DNA from: Tubiluchus corallicola
Taxonomy: Eukaryota; Animalia; Priapulida
Direction: 5' to 3'
NCBI GenBank assembly: GCA_030141605.1
Contig: JAQGDQ010000007.1
Coordinates: 1,041,173 to 1,105,172, forward strand
DNA length: 64,000 bases
Shown: positions 63,475 to 64,000 of the stretch, in pieces
Numbering within the stretch: the first letter of the stretch is position 1
How the letters are laid out: each line of letters opens with the position of its first letter
The notes under the pieces: generated by a model
What the model saw: the letters and a program-made list of their open reading frames with translations, nothing else
What the model was told of the DNA's origin: nothing
Databases searched by the model: none
Translations under genes and position numbers: made by a program

Positions 63475-64000
63475 AATTAGCACAACCTGAGGGTTACACT
63501 TTCGAAAGTCTTTATACATTTCCTCTTTTTACTTTTCCAACTACTTCAACGGGCTCTCCGCTTTCTGGCAATGTTCTTCCTTCCCTTGATAATGTGGTAA
63601 CAGCAATTCCTGCGGACTATAGAATAGATCATGATACCGACGACGAGGAGGGTGATCAATTTGACGGAGAACCAAGTGGGGATAATGAACCGGACTATGA
63701 TGAGATCGTTTTTAAATGCATGTCACACGAATGCAAAAATGATACATCGATTTCCTTAAATAAAGATGAATACAACATCTACGACGACTTTGAAACAGAA
63801 GTATCCCATTACGAGAAAACTAGTAGAGTCACACCTTCTGCAGGAGCAGCATCTGAGAAAGTCAATAATAGCAAAACTTCATCCCCAGCTTTAATCACTG
63901 CAACAAAAACGGAAGAAGACGCCGACAATTTCATATTCTTACCACCTAATGTAGCTACAGTTGCTGCTGCAACTACTGCTGGCATTACTGCGTTTCTTCC
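63475..64000 (+). CDS. GFR-alpha/GAS1-like protein, exon 6 (acidic, Ser/Thr-rich stalk); runs off the window end
   Basis: gcttttttcag|63475, phase 1. The frame stays open for about 175 codons to 64000: LAQPEGYTFESLYTFPLFTFPTTSTGSP...DHDTDDEEGDQFDGEPSGDNEPDYDE...VATVAAATTAGITAFL. Confidence 0.85.

Overview
This is AT-rich, microsatellite-rich genomic DNA with spliceosomal introns from a eukaryote, probably an invertebrate animal; the taxon cannot be fixed from the sequence. (1) 327-3061 (+): the last three coding exons of an ABCB6-type ABC half-transporter. (2) About 7596-13078 (-): a near full-length, apparently young non-LTR retrotransposon of about 5.5 kb. ORF1 has gag-like CCHC knuckles. 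ORF2 encodes APE endonuclease, RT and a CCHC knuckle, with no recognisable RNase H. The element ends in a (TAA)n-A tail and sits inside a (GA)n/(TC)n microsatellite. Its ORF1 starts with two tandem GATA-like CxxC-x16-CxxC fingers, and its endonuclease has an atypical FSGAPxxGH motif in place of SDH. This possible microsatellite-targeting LINE is the most interesting object in the window. (3) About 13.4-40.8 kb: no gene found, only decayed RTE, CR1/L2, SINE and MITE remnants and simple repeats. (4) 40853 to beyond 64000 (+): a gene that the ORF track mostly misses, assembled here from six phase-compatible exons. It encodes a signal peptide, two GDNF/GAS1 (GFR-alpha-type) cysteine-rich domains and an acidic Ser/Thr-rich stalk. 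Its 17.4-kb first intron contains a candidate recursive splice site. All calls were made by eye and no database searches were run.
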